A stretch of DNA of 45,344 bases, filler included, from Jimgerdemannia flammicorona (taxonomy: Eukaryota), in assembly GCA_003990765.1 (NCBI GenBank). It is 2 parts of 2 records of this genome, joined end to end, with 100 filler letters (N's around TTAATTAATTAA, not from the genome) between each part and the next. Parts side by side here need not be neighbours in the genome. Positions count along the whole stretch, not along the records: positions 22,725 to 45,344 come from RBNJ01001239.1; 1 more part is not named here. One strand, given 5' to 3'. Shown here one piece after another: positions 23,446 to 36,859 of this stretch. A program made the translations under genes and the position numbers. Position 1 is the first letter of the stretch. The number at the start of each line of letters is the position of its first letter. The notes under the pieces are model-generated. The model worked only from the letters and a program-made list of their open reading frames with translations. It did not search any database and was not told where the DNA came from.

Positions 23446-25593
23446 TTATGATGTGATGGTATACCTGTATAAAAGTTTGAACGACATTTGGTTATGAAAG
23501 CGGCCTATAAAGCATAAGTAATCGCTAAACACGTTCATAAATCAAACAAACCATCTGGCACGACAGTCCACCGCATGCCGCCTGACTAGCCTCTTATTGT
23601 CGTCCAGCGCCTGTCCGAGTTCCAACAGCACCTGGGTCTTGTATGGATGTAATATGTCGTAGCGTAGAGCTGATGGATATTGAGCAAGGCACCGCAGCGC
23701 GGCTATTCTTACTTTCTGCGCAACCAAAAGCAGCAGACGGAAAGAGGGTTAAGGAGTTACGTCAAGTACAAAAACAATGCGGATCGCAGTCTCAAAGTAC
23801 CATGGTATTCGGCTCCGCCATCTTGGACAAGCCTAGCAAGGCAGGAATCAGGGTCTGTATGTGCGCGGCCACCACTTGTGGTGCATCGGTAGTTGCCATG
23901 TAAAATGTGTTCAATGTAGCGATCTTAAGGCTCGGGTACGGCAACGACAAGGATTGGATCAGTAACGGGAAGAGCTGGTGGAAGATGAAGTGGTTGGAAA
24001 TATCATTAGACGAGTGTATTTGTCTACACAGCGAGCATTACAGATTATGATTCCAAGCAAAATATTGAGTCTCGAATCGCAGCTTAGCTTCAAATTATGC
24101 ATTATGTATAAGCACTCACTGGCGGCAACTCGTTCAGCAACACCTGTTTCGGGATATTTCGCAGAACGTACGACAGAGCAATTAGATGATTATGCTTCAC
24201 ATCTGTGGCATCCGAAAAATAGGCAAACAGCAAGTTGTTAGATTTCGAGATGCAGCACAGATGCTATCATAATAAAATGAACCATAGTACGAACCGTCCA
24301 TCGACGACTTGAATCCAGAGACTAGGCCTGGCAGGCAGTGATTGAAAAAGCGTTGCTTATACAACAACTGAATGAGGGTGATTGATTGGTCACGTCAGAA
24401 TTGAATTGTGCTCACAATCATGATATAGTCAGTCTACATGATAAATGCGGTGATAACCAACCTTAATCACCGCGAACGAGGCCTTATTCAGCACCAGTTC
24501 GTCGTCTCCGATAATGACATTGAAACCTTCTGATGCTTTTTTGCCCACCTGCGGGTCGCCAAACAGTTTTATTACGCTATCTGTCATTTCGAAGCCGAGC
24601 GCGTGGGTGCGGAGCACCAGAGCCTTGGTGATCTGTGTCAAGTATTGAATGGTTCTGTTATTTGAACGAACGATGTCTGCATGGCGACGTTTCTTATATC
24701 CACAAAGATGCGACTAGTTGCCAATCCTTACCCACAAATGCACCAAAAGTGCCGCGCTTTGTTTCCGTTGTGCTAAATCGTCCACTACTGGGGATGTCAT
24801 GATGGCGCTCAACTTTGTAATGACATTGGTTTGGACAAAGGTGGTCAACCCAGCATCTGCGCAAAAAAAAAAAAAAAAAAGGATGAACTCCGACACGTTA
24901 TGTAACATGATACGAATATCAAAACCCACTAGTTACTAGTTACTGACCATCCTGCCATTTATTTACTACGGAACCAACGGTCCGCGTCACCGCCTCCCGT
25001 TGCACATCGTCGTTTGCCTCAAGTGCAAGCCCAATGAGCTCTGTGAGGAATTCCGGCAAACTCGCAACAGGCAATATAACCTTCAAAGAAGCGAACCGGT
25101 TCGAATAAAATCAGCCCAAATGTCTGGTCAAGTATGCATGATAATTCATGAACAATTTTTACCTCTTTTCGACTCGACCCTACGACAGCTGCAAACAGTA
25201 ATGTCAATCTTGCCTGAGACAAGGGCGCATCTACCTGATCGATCCAATATACGAATAAATACATTCAACGCTGATGGTCAGTGCCTTCCAAAGTATGTCG
25301 CCTGGAAAGTTAAACGGGGATGATGCTGGAAGCAGTGGCAATCAAGTTAACATGGTCAACCGACCTTGAGAGGAGCGAAGCTATTGGAAAATACCGCGTG
25401 CCCACCCAAGGACGATCCTGCCGTGTTGCCTTTCATGAATAAGTCGAAAAGCTGGTCAATGAAGGTTTTTTGCGAGCTGGAAAAGATGGAACCAGAACAT
25501 TGGTCATATATTTACGGTTCGTTAGAAATCAACTGCAGGGATCAGTGATACAAATTTGAACCAATAAATGAAATTAAAAATAAAAAATAAAAT

Positions 25594-25626
<33 letters not shown>

Positions 25627-28600
25627 TACATACGAAGCATCCAGGCTACGCAGCACAAAGGCCACAATGCTGGCAGTAATTTGCAGTGTGCTAACGTCCC
25701 CCCACATGCTGTCACTCCCTTCAGGATCTGCCATTGCTGACTCGACCAACTTGCTCACAAGCCGCGGAACGAGTGTGGTAATACATGAGCCGATATCCGT
25801 GTGTGCCTGCGCCGATTTGACGTTTAACACGGTCAAGACCGTGGACAGCATTGCTTGAGGGTATGTGACGTCGGTGTTGGTAGAGTCTGATGGAGAGAAA
25901 AGAGATGTATAGAGACGAAATTAAAATGCTGGCCTCACGAAATAAGATGGCGGAGAAGAGGAGAACTTTGAACGCTCACCCGTATTAGAAACGCGATCTA
26001 GCTTCTTCAGCAGCTCCGGCACAATCACAGCGAACAACGCAGGTTTGACGGCCAGCTCGCCTAGGGCGTGCAATGTTTTCTCGTACGTGCGGTGCGCCAC
26101 TGCCGGATCGTCCAGAGAATAGGGAAGCTGTGCGACGAGCGAGGGAACGGTGTGCTCGAGGAGTGGGGCGGGTCTATGGTGCGCGATCATGAATAGGGAT
26201 TTGAGAGCCTCCGTCCTGCAAAGATGTGGGATCGGGACAATATAAGAGACATGCGATATATCCAACAGGAGATGATGCCTTCAAATAACAAATGCATTAT
26301 ACTAGAACTAATGACTAATGTCCACCTCAATTCGGCATCGTCATCGTCCAGAAGAATCTGGTTAATTGACTGTACCACGATTCCCACCTATGTAAAGAAA
26401 GCATCCAGCATACCATCAGAGTCTCGCTCAAACCATAATCTTAATGCCTACTATATCAACTATCATTCGTTAGGTATGGTTTCACGAGCCAAATGCCTCA
26501 CCTCATTGATGGCCAGATACTGCCTCAACATCGCCATTAGATGCAACCCCTTCAACCCTCCCAGCCTGAGAGCACTATATTCATTCGACGACATTAGGGC
26601 AGTGCCAAAGATCTCGAAGAACCGATCCTTGTAAGCGAGCAACGGGGTGACAAAATCCTGATCGGCTGGTGGGACGATGAAGGGCGAAAAAGACGAGGAG
26701 GGCAGGGTTAACGAGCAAGACGGGACCGCGTCAGATGCCGCCGGACACACGGCGACGCGACAATCATAAGACGCGGATAAAGACATGCGCTCGCGTTTTC
26801 GCTTCCGCTTCCGCGTACCGTCGTTCGTGTCGTCGATCGAGCCGTACAGGGTTTTGCTGGCCTCAAGGAACTCGTGAAGGACATCGATGATGGCTTTCTT
26901 ACGCGTCGCCAGATTGCTCTCCCTGTATTGGCGGAGGAGAATCGGGACAGCGGCGGTGACGATGGCGTTGCATGCCGGATCTGTATCGTGGTCCAGTTGG
27001 TCGGTGGCAATATGTCAAACCCTCACCCAATGGTTTATGCGTATCATTTCCCAGCACACATTACTTCATTACTCAAAGAAACAGGGACTTCATACCCGAT
27101 GCCGACGCCGCAGCCTTCAATATCCTCCCAGCGGGCTTCGAATTCTTGGCTTCGGGTTCCTTGAGGTTGACCATGCACTCGACGATCAACGGTTTGAGAG
27201 CCTTTTCGGTCGGATCCGCAGCCGCGATGACGCTGATCCCGGCGCTCAGGGTCGCGACGATGCGGTGCATGGCGGCGAGGGCGGCGTCCTCGAGCGCCGG
27301 GTCCGTAGCATGGAAGATCTCGATCTTGAGGGCGTCGAATAGATCAGCGAGGTACGGGATCAGCGCCGTCGCGCCGTATATCGGGGCGCACGCCGCAATC
27401 GTTTCCATTGAATCTTTCTGTGATGAGATCGAAATAAAAAGTTCAACAGAATGGACGATAGTCCTTGTAGATGAGGGTATTATAGAGGAATTCGCAAACC
27501 TTGGCACTTCCAGAACTAGACGACAGCTTCTCCAGCAAAAGAGGCATCGCGAATTTTGCGAAATGGGGAGTCGCTGCAAGGCATTCCCTGGATGGCATAA
27601 TCAAGGTGAGATAGACATTCTATCGTCCACATATACATTTATAGCATGTTTATAAGACTTGATGCTAACCGCAAGCTGAACTTTAGATCCTCGGCCGTGA
27701 TGCCGTATGGATCATCTGGCGGAGGCTTGAAAGTAATTGGGAAGTAGCAAAACGTAACTTCAAATAGATCCTGCATCATGACAAGACAGCGCAGAGAATG
27801 TAAGCAACAAGTGTATACATAAATCGAGGAGCAGTGCGACAACAGTATACATCACACGAACCTCGACATGACTGGCAATGTCGAACTCGTGGATGATGTT
27901 CTTGATCAATCCAAATGCCAGTAGCAGGTTCCGAGGATCCTTCTCGCCGTCCATAATTTGCGTGAAGCCAAAGACGAAGTCGTCGCCGAGCTTCTGAAGG
28001 GCTGATAAATATTTATACACCGATGAAGAGGTTAACATTGCGCGTGAATTGAACATGAATAAATGGATTCGACGCGAAATGTGCTAGACACAATATGGTT
28101 TGGCTAACCTTGCAGGTGTTGCTTGAGCAGTGAGTCGATGGTCTGGAACACCGTGTGCCGGACCGCTTGTTGGAAGCTCTGTACATTCACGTTAAACAAG
28201 CTGTGATATGGAAAGTTAGGTGAATTAGAGATTCCAAGAATCTGATGATTGTCATCTTGCGCTGCGGGGAAACTCACGCCTTCGCCGTCTTTGTGGCATT
28301 CTCGTTACTGAAGGCGTCGAATTTGGACAGGGCGAGCAAGCCTTCGAGGAGTTTAGGAGCGCTTATCTTGTCCGCCAGTCTCTCGCGGAAGAAGTCCGTC
28401 AGAACGTTGACTTCAAGAGATAATCAATACCCCAGTGATTCCATTTAAACTCGGCCCGAGATCACAATGATGAGCCAATGCATAGAGACAACACCAATGA
28501 TGTCAGGAAATAGACTGACCTGCCGTCGCGTTGATCTGGTTTTGCTGACAGTTAGCCAGAACGAATGAAAGAATTCCCGTCGCTATATTGGTTCAATTTT

Positions 28601-28966
28601 GGCCAGAAAGCAAACCAATTGAAGAATTAACAATACTGTTGAAAAATGCGAATGCGTGCAAATGCTATACGCTACCTTTCGCCCGGACCGAATCCTCTTC
28701 ACTTGTCAAGTATTCTCCGAGCGCTTGCACTAGCACCAAAATGGAAGTCTGCACATTTCCGTCGTTAACGTCTACAGGAGCGAATTGTAGCGCGGCAGAA
28801 TGGACAGGATCAACATGGATACCAAAGCATAAAAACTTGACGGCTGGTGGAGTGGGGTACCATGCATACTCTCCAGGATAGCTGAGCTTGCCGCCAGGGC
28901 CTCTTGTGAGGAGTCCCCAGTTGCGACGATGTAGTTCCTGACGTTTCGTTGAATGGCAGATTCCAT
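23446..28966 (-). CDS. MMS19: MMS19/Met18 cytosolic Fe-S assembly component (multi-exon)
   Basis: LVQALGEYLTSEEDSVRAKG, MDGEKDPRNLLLAF, LFEVTFCYFPITFKPPPDDPYGIT, ALDDNKRLVRRHAVDCRARW; GT-AG introns; last exon YTITS*. Confidence 0.95.
25597..25624. repeat. (AG)n microsatellite in an MMS19 intron
   Basis: gagagagaga run. Confidence 0.9.
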
Positions 28967-29245
28967 GGTGAACACGAGACAATCAGCGCGTTCGAAGAAA
29001 TATTGAAGGTCATGATGATGACATCATTGCATCTTTATCTCCCAAGCCACCATCGCCACTTTTGATGAAATTTTTCAATCCAGTAAACTTTACACAATTT
29101 TTCAATCCTGATAGGCCATAAGGCACCTTTTGAAAATTGCGCCCTATATATATATCTCGCGAAGATCACGTGATCATACCGATTTTTGGGGGAAATTACC
29201 AGTATTAATGTTTCGGGAAGTTCCCTGCGTTCGTTGACCTGAAAC

Positions 29246-30159
29246 ATGGAAATCACCACAAAGAATCTGGCCAACATCTTCGTCCGCATCATCCGGATGG
29301 GATCTTTCACGCGCCCCCACATCGATTGCGTCTATACCATACCCAAAAGTTATACTCGTTGGACCACATCACCTCCTTCTCCTCCCTCCGCGATGCCATC
29401 CTCCCGTACTGTCGCCACGTCGAGGGCTTCACGCTGCGACACAATCTCTCCGCCGCGGAGTTCTCCTACCACATCTTCCTCGCCGGCTGGGTCGAGCACC
29501 TTCGCCATCCACCTCTCGGGAGGGTACCCCTACACTCTCCTCCAGTCCGCTCTCGCGCGCCACGCCTCCATCGAAGCTGCCGACTTAAGGATAATACCAC
29601 CCTCAACACTATCCAGGCCGCCAAACTCATCGCCCGATGGCCGGGCCTGACCGACCTCGATCTGACCAACACCCAGCCCGTCGACGACGCTCTCCTCGCC
29701 TGTATCTCCAAGGCTTGCCCGCGACTCCACTCCCGCTCCTCTGCCCCGTCGCGAAACTTCTCGCGCCGCACACCCTCCGCCAGCTGCTCCGCATTGCGCC
29801 AAGCACCTGCGTGTGCTCGATTTGTCCTATCATGTGGCCGGATTCGACGACGCCTGTCTTCGCCTTGTGGCCGAGTCGTACGTGCATCCGCGCAGCTTGT
29901 CAATTACCGGATGCGCGCGCGTTAGGGCCAGATTGGATGTCAGGCTCGCGTGGCCTGAACTGGCGTCGTTGTATTTGTGGGGTTGTGATATGGTGTCGGC
30001 TGGGTTCGTGCGGAGACGTGTCCGAGGCTGAGGACGCTGCGGTTGCTGGATCACTTGAACAATGACGAGGAGGTGGTGAGGATAGTGGAGCAAAAGTTTG
30101 TGTTGGAGGTGGACGAAGTGGCGACGCGATGGGTCCCGGTAGACGATTGGGTGGTTTGA
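29246..30159 (+). pseudogene. LRR (RNI-like, F-box/LRR family) pseudogene
   Basis: LRR units split over several frames: WPGLTDLDLTNTQPVDDALLACISKACPRL, LRVLDLSYHVAGFDDACL, LSITGC, WPELASLYLWGC, CPRLRTLRL. Confidence 0.7.
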
Positions 30160-30724
30160 GGTTTGTGATGTTCTCACATACCAAACGGAACATTTATATA
30201 ATAACGATATACATGACAATCTCCTTTCACGTGTGTCCGACTGGTTTACATTGTTTACATTGGCTTTGAATAACACGGCGTGTACGTTGAATACATCCTG
30301 GCAAATGACAATTCAGACCATGCCCCCCACTGCAGAGTTGATCTAGTCCGCATAGCAATTTTTCAATCCGCGAGACAAATTTAATGTACGCAACATGAAC
30401 ACAGAAAATAGATCTAAATGTTAATTGTCATCAACAAATGAGTAAAATGAGTAAAAGTGGGAGTTCTAAAATCGAGCACATGTTTAGTGCCATGCCATTG
30501 ATGATTGCAGATCGCATATGCAGAAAGAAAAGTTCATAGTCTATAGCATCCTTTCGGATATTGTGACGGCCAGCGTTCATAAACACCCTTCTACAGATAA
30601 ACTAGATGCCCATGAATAGCCGGGTACTCTCCTAATTTCGAGCCAATAGCCCGTCATTCCCAAAATCTCGAATGCAAGCAGCAAGCCGTTCCCAACCCAA
30701 AAATGCTACGTTACCCAGCACCCG

Positions 30725-32503
30725 TTAGGCAAACGGCGCTGTTCCCTGCGCAGCTGCCTCGGCCTTTTTAGCCTCGGCTGCTTTGCGCGATTTCTCCACC
30801 AGCTCATCAGTGTACACCCCCGAAACGTTGGGGTTCGCTACAGTTATTTCTGGCGCCACAGGAAGCGTCTTGGCCACTATGGTGCAGATAGAAATTTGAG
30901 TTTAAGATGCAGTTATTAAAAAGAAAAAGAGTTTTGTCAAGACGTAGATCACTGTTGGAAGGACTTACTATGCGATGGAACACAACCACCGGCAATGTGA
31001 CTGCAAGTACAGGTACCGCCCAAGAAATCGGGAAGGTTCTCCGCCGGGATTTGTTCAAGGAGGACTTTAGGGTAGTCCTTTCCGAGAATGTGAATCTTTT
31101 CGATGACCTGATCATAAAAAAAAAAAAAAAAAAAAGCCAACACATAACAAATATCTTCAATATTGATATTTTCCCAATACCAATGCATCACACAAGAGGA
31201 TAGAATTGTTCTGACCCACAACGAAACCCAATGGGGATCGGAATAACTTACACCGGGATCAAGCCACCCCTTGACAATTTTCCACACCATGACGAATGCG
31301 CTCGGAGCATTGACGAGGTAAAGCTTGTTCATCGTCTCGGGATAATACTTTTGGTCAATGTCAGCAATAGCGCGGATAAATTGCAGGGCGGGCATATGGA
31401 ATTCTGAATGCAGCGAACATGGAATAATAATATAGTATGAGTACACATCCGGAAGAACATATTCTACATATTCTGAAAAAGTGCTTCCCACTGCTATTGT
31501 TGCACAAGGCCTTCATCAAGGAGAATGAACAACAGAAAGTCGCCGCCACATGACCCTTTGTTCCGAAAACGAAGTTTTTTTCTTCAAACAATACCTCACT
31601 CAACATAGGAAACATCAGCTTGACCAGTAATCAGATCGTCAAAAAACACAAACCGTAACAGACTGTAACAACAACACTTACGATTCCAGCCCATATTCGT
31701 GCAATCGAAGATTACAGTCTCCTTGTGGATAATGTGTCCCACGCGCTCCGTGCATTCACCCATGATCTTCCGGTGCAAGAACTCATTGCACGCAATGTGA
31801 TAATTGACCACTTCCTCTATGGTCGTGAACGTGGCGAGCTTCTTGGCATCGTGGTAACCCTGTTGTGAGATGAGATCCGAAAAGGATATTATGTGTGGGG
31901 ATCATTGGAGGATTCTCTATACGAGGATGCGATTCCTATATATACTGCAGCGTCTCTTCGCCACCTTTTGTTTCTCCTTCTATCATATGCAGCATAAATC
32001 CCAATTCATGCTACCACATCTCTCATCGTCACTGCAAATGTAGTGCATATCCCACCTACACTAGAATCAACCTACTCACCAATCGCTCAATATACAACGG
32101 GCACCCCTCCCTATCAACTTTGTGAAGGCATGAACCCCCCATATACTTGGCGATGCGGAGCACGTACTCGGAGATGCCAGGCACGGTCTCGAGGTTGCTG
32201 TCTGGCATCGAGGTGAAGCCGCGCACGGGGTAGATGCACGGCAGAATGCCGTCGCCGGCGATCGGGACCTCGTCGATCTTGTTGGCCATACGCCATTCCA
32301 TCGCGGCATTGAACTGTTCCTTGGCGGCGTTCTGGGGGCGAAGGGGATTGTGAGTTCTGGCTCGTGGCTTTCAGGGAGGTCCGATAGTACGTCGCTGCGC
32401 TTGATGGGTCAAGCGACCGTCAGGGTTTTCAACATGGTCATAGTTCAGATCTAGCGTGACCACAAAGGGTGCGAAGGAACCCAAAAGTGGGAATATCGGC
32501 CAA

Positions 32504-32547
<44 letters not shown>

Positions 32548-32783
32548 GGGTTCAACCTACCATGTCCCAGCTACGCGCCAAAAGGAACCGCAAAAGTAGC
32601 TGCAGCGTCAAGTGGAAGGTCATAAGAGTAAGTCAGCAACGAATCTCGTCAGAATGGTACCAAGAACCTAAAAAAGTGAAGACGAACCGCGTCGGAGTGT
32701 TTCTCCTCGTCGTCGCCAACTACCGCTTTAAACACTTCAATGAGCTGTTTCTGTTCCTCGGGTGTTTTCGTTGGAGGTGGCAT
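30725..32783 (-). CDS. Sec14/CRAL-TRIO phosphatidylinositol transfer protein family
   Basis: 7 exons: LLLRFLLARSWDM, HKVDREGCPLYIERLG, TVIFDCTNMG, DQKYYPETMNKLYLVNAP, KGWLDP, KIHILG, LPDFLGGTCTC. Confidence 0.9.
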
Positions 32784-33213
32784 GGTTGAAGGGCAGAAGG
32801 TTGAGGTAGTGAAGGAGAAAAAGGTGTAAAGGTATTTGTGAGTCGGAGGCTGGGAGGTTCCCTGTTCGGGGTTCTTAAAATATTAAGGTTTGATGTCCTG
32901 ATTTGGGCCGGAGGCCCCGAGACCCTGAGCCCAACAACTCTCCTGAGTTCTAATTTCTTCCTTTTCCCAATTGCTTGTAGCACGGTTATAAGAGGACAAT
33001 AGGTCGTTGATAGGAATTTACCATACATGGCCATACAACTCTGCGCGGGCGTGTCTTTTTGTGGATAGGCTGAAGAAAGTTTTCTGCACCAATGGCAAGG
33101 TGCCATTCGACTAGCGGTGACGGTGACACAGCTGTAGATGATGTCACCGACTGTATGAAAACACGTCCCTCAAAACTTTTGGCAGCGCCATCCCAACCCT
33201 CCTCCCAACCATA

Positions 33214-35919
33214 ATGTCCATGAACTTGAGTCCTTTCGTTCATTATCATTGTCCCTGTCCCGACATTTACTTCGAGTCTGACGCCGCTGTCGACGCCGCC
33301 TCAACCACTGCTCCCCAGGCCTGCCTCCGAGACGCGACCCAGACCCTTGACATCAACTCCCCGCGCACGGACTTCTCGTTGCATCCGCTATCGCGCCTCT
33401 ACTTTTGCGAGGACTGCCACCAGATCCGTTGTCCTTCGTGCGTGCAGGACGAGATTGTTTCGTACTACTGTCCGAACTGCTTGTTTGAGGTGAGGCGCAC
33501 CGGCTAGAACCCAACAGAACGCGCCTGTGGCTGGCCGACGGCTGTGGTGCATTTTCTGATCTGCCGGCTTTGTCTTCGTCCCTCAGGTACCCCAAGCGAC
33601 CGTGAAGAGCGAGAAGAGTCGGTAGGCTGAGAATATTTATACCTATTCATCCATGATCATCGTATCTACTATTGATCTAAACCTATTTGCCCCCTCTGCG
33701 TGTCCAGCTGCGCCCGCAATTGTTTCCAATGTCCTATCTGTCAAAATACGCTCTCGGTTGTGTCAAGCTCTGAGTCTGCTGTAGGAACACAGAGCACGAC
33801 GGCGACTGCTGTGGGACCATATTTCCTCTCGTGCAGCGTGTGTCGGTGGGATTCGCAGGAGATCGGGATAACGTTTGAGAGACCAAACAGTTTGGCTCGT
33901 AAGTAATGGCCGCTTGTGGAGAGAGGCGCAATATGTAATCGTTGGTTGATCTGCTTTATCCAAACCCTGGTGCGGGCTTCGTAGCCGTGGATTGGGCTCA
34001 GTATTGTCCTCAAAATGCATTGTTTGCATATCATCACCGCCCTATAGTTCAGCTCCAAAAGAACGAAGAGGCCCTCCCCGATGTCAAGGAATTCGAGCAC
34101 CTCAAGGAGCATTTCGACAAGTTCCTGCGCGGGCCCTCCCCGCCCGCACACTCCAACCTGCTCTCCGTGTCGAGCGTCAGTGCATTTAGTAGGATGGGGG
34201 TCAACCCGGCGACGCAGCAACAACAGCGGGCGGATGAAATCGGGAAGTACGAGCCCGAAGTGAAGGTCCCGAATGATGATGTCGCAAAGACGCAGAGCTT
34301 AATATCAGTGAAGCATGTGAATGAGGGTAGGTAGAATGAGCGGGATTGGGTTTGGCTTATCGTTTTTTGTTTATTCGGGGTGTATGGCGAGAGAGAAGGG
34401 CAATTGTGCGGGTATGTGGTAATTCCTGGCATGATCTATGCCATTGCATCAAGTCACAACCCTCAGTCAACGAGTCAACCAATTACACGATCAGCCGTAT
34501 CACACCAGGTACGTTGCATTGTCTCCATGCCTCATATAATGAACCTTGTCTTCATTTGCCAGCTCAACGCATATTTTTCCAGCCGAATGTTGACATGCAT
34601 CACCAATCATCATTCTCATCGCTGTGTAGTAAAATCCACCCCCAGCGCATCAATTTGCGCATTAAGCGCTCAAAACGTTGCCGAACCTGTCGTCACATCC
34701 TAATCAAGCCCGAGCAGAAGGCCCAAGCGACGCGGTTCAAAATAAAGCTTGTGGCCATGTAAGCACCACTGCTTCCTTTTCTTTGTAATTATATAAGCCA
34801 AATGGAACCCACCTAACCAACCATACATATCGGCGGTTTTTTTTTTTTTTTTTTGGAAGGATCTATATCCCGACCATCTCGATCGTGAAGCTACCCAAGA
34901 AGAACTGGCCGTTGCAGTTGGGCATCCCGACACAGTTCGTGCTCAAGTTCACGAATCCACTGTACGAGGAGATCAGCGTCACCTTGGCGACGCCACATCA
35001 GGAAACCGAGGAGCAGCGACGGCGCGGAAGCCGCACCAGCTCCAGCACGGATGGGGTGAGCAGCGCGAAGCAGAGTCTCGAACACAAGGAAGAACCCAAG
35101 ACGTGTGGGAAGGTGAGTTGTGGGAATCTTTAATAATAGGAAAGTTTTTACATAGGAAGGCGCGTGATCTGTTGAAAATTGGGAGATGTCATATTTCCAA
35201 TCACTCAGCCGCCATTCCTATGGACCAAACAGGTCACCCTTCTCTCCCCGCACTTCACTGTCGGGCCCTATGACGAGGTCTGGGGCTACGATGAGGAGCT
35301 CTCGTCGCTTTCGGGCGCCACCACTCCAGGCTCGGCGTCGATACGTTCGGGCACCTCTGGGTTTTCGTTCAAGCGCGAGAAACACAACTCGTTGGCCGCG
35401 GGGTGGGAGGCCGGCGTGTACGAGAAGCGCAACAACTTCACCAGCATACTGGTCGAGGTCGTACCGGAGAAGGAGGGCGAGTTCAAGGTGCGTGAGTGGG
35501 TTTACGTTGGTCTGTTCTGGATCGATTGACGCGACGTGGGAATGGGAAATTTGCAAATCTTCCATATCTCTGGAACTGCGTCGTGTTCGGCTCGGCGAGT
35601 TACGTATTTTCGACACTCATCTCATTTTTCCCTTTCACCAATTATTATCCAGTTCCCCATCCTGGTGACATACACTTATCGGCCAGACGACGATAATAAG
35701 ATGGACACGGCGGGGGACGCGGTGGACGCGGTGGACGACGACGCCTCATCTACGCACTCGTCGGTTTACACGGACGAAGACGGTAACGTGTCCCATTCGC
35801 ACAAGGCGGGCGCAGCTCGCCACTCGGACGACGAAAAAAGCGAAGAGGGTCTGAAGAGCTATTCATTTTGGACCGTCGTCGGCCTAGGGGAGGTCGTGGC
35901 GAGAGATGCGACGGTATGA
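33214..35919 (+). CDS. DCTN4: dynactin subunit 4 (p62), ~9 exons
   Basis: LYFCEDCHQIRCPSCVQDEIVSYYCPNCLFEV, CARNCFQCPIC, LRIKRSKRCRTCRHILIKPE, LKFTNPLYE. Confidence 0.95.
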
Positions 35920-36859
35920 GCAGAATAGTGAATGTGGGTCGCGAGCACTAGAAGCTTGTCAATTGATTAATACGATGGTATCAATATTTGGGTGGCATGC
36001 TGTTCATAGTAAGCAAGGGTCGTAAATTTTTGTGGGTTCGGATTCGAAGTTAGCATTTACATACATTTTCATTCGAGTCGTTTCATATCTCGCTTGATTG
36101 CATTGATGTCGGCTGGTCGATCATAGCCTCAAAATAATATATATGCCGCGCTTAAGTCAAATGACATTCCAGTACAGCTTTTGAAAAGGCTTAACATGCT
36201 GGTGAATCTTCTCTGCTTATAATACTGGAAGCAAGCTTCGTTTGCTGAATGGACCCTGTCAGATTCATACTTGTTAATGAAAACGAAAATGCTACTTGTT
36301 CAAATATCAATATGGTTGAAAATTTCAAGGTCAGTTACCATAAGGAAAATATATATATAATGGAGAAGCCATTTCTTTTGACAGCCTCTGTGCATCGCTC
36401 ATTGGCGTTAGCTCGTTTTACGTATTATTGGTAATTTTTATTTATAGGAAAGGGTTTTTACATGTGTGACAGAATGTCAGTATAATAAAGCTAGGATATT
36501 AAAACAGAATCTCAGATCTTTTATATTTGCGATTTATCCAAGCTTACTTGGGTTAGATGTGACGGTTTTGCAACGTAGTATAGAACAAGGCATATTTTGT
36601 GTAATATATTCGGATGTGTCTCCTTCACCTGGTTGGTACATTACGAGGTCAGAACAATCTCGACGTCGTATATGCCGCGCGTGAGGATGGTTCAAATATG
36701 GGGCATGCTGCAACAAAACCAGACAAAGTGAACGCCCTATTCATTATGATAATATGTTTATTCATGCAAATACAAAATGCTTGCAGAGGGCATCCTTCTT
36801 CCTCTTAGCTCTGATAAATTACAAAAGAAGGCCGGATGTTTCTGCTCCCTGATGGGATC

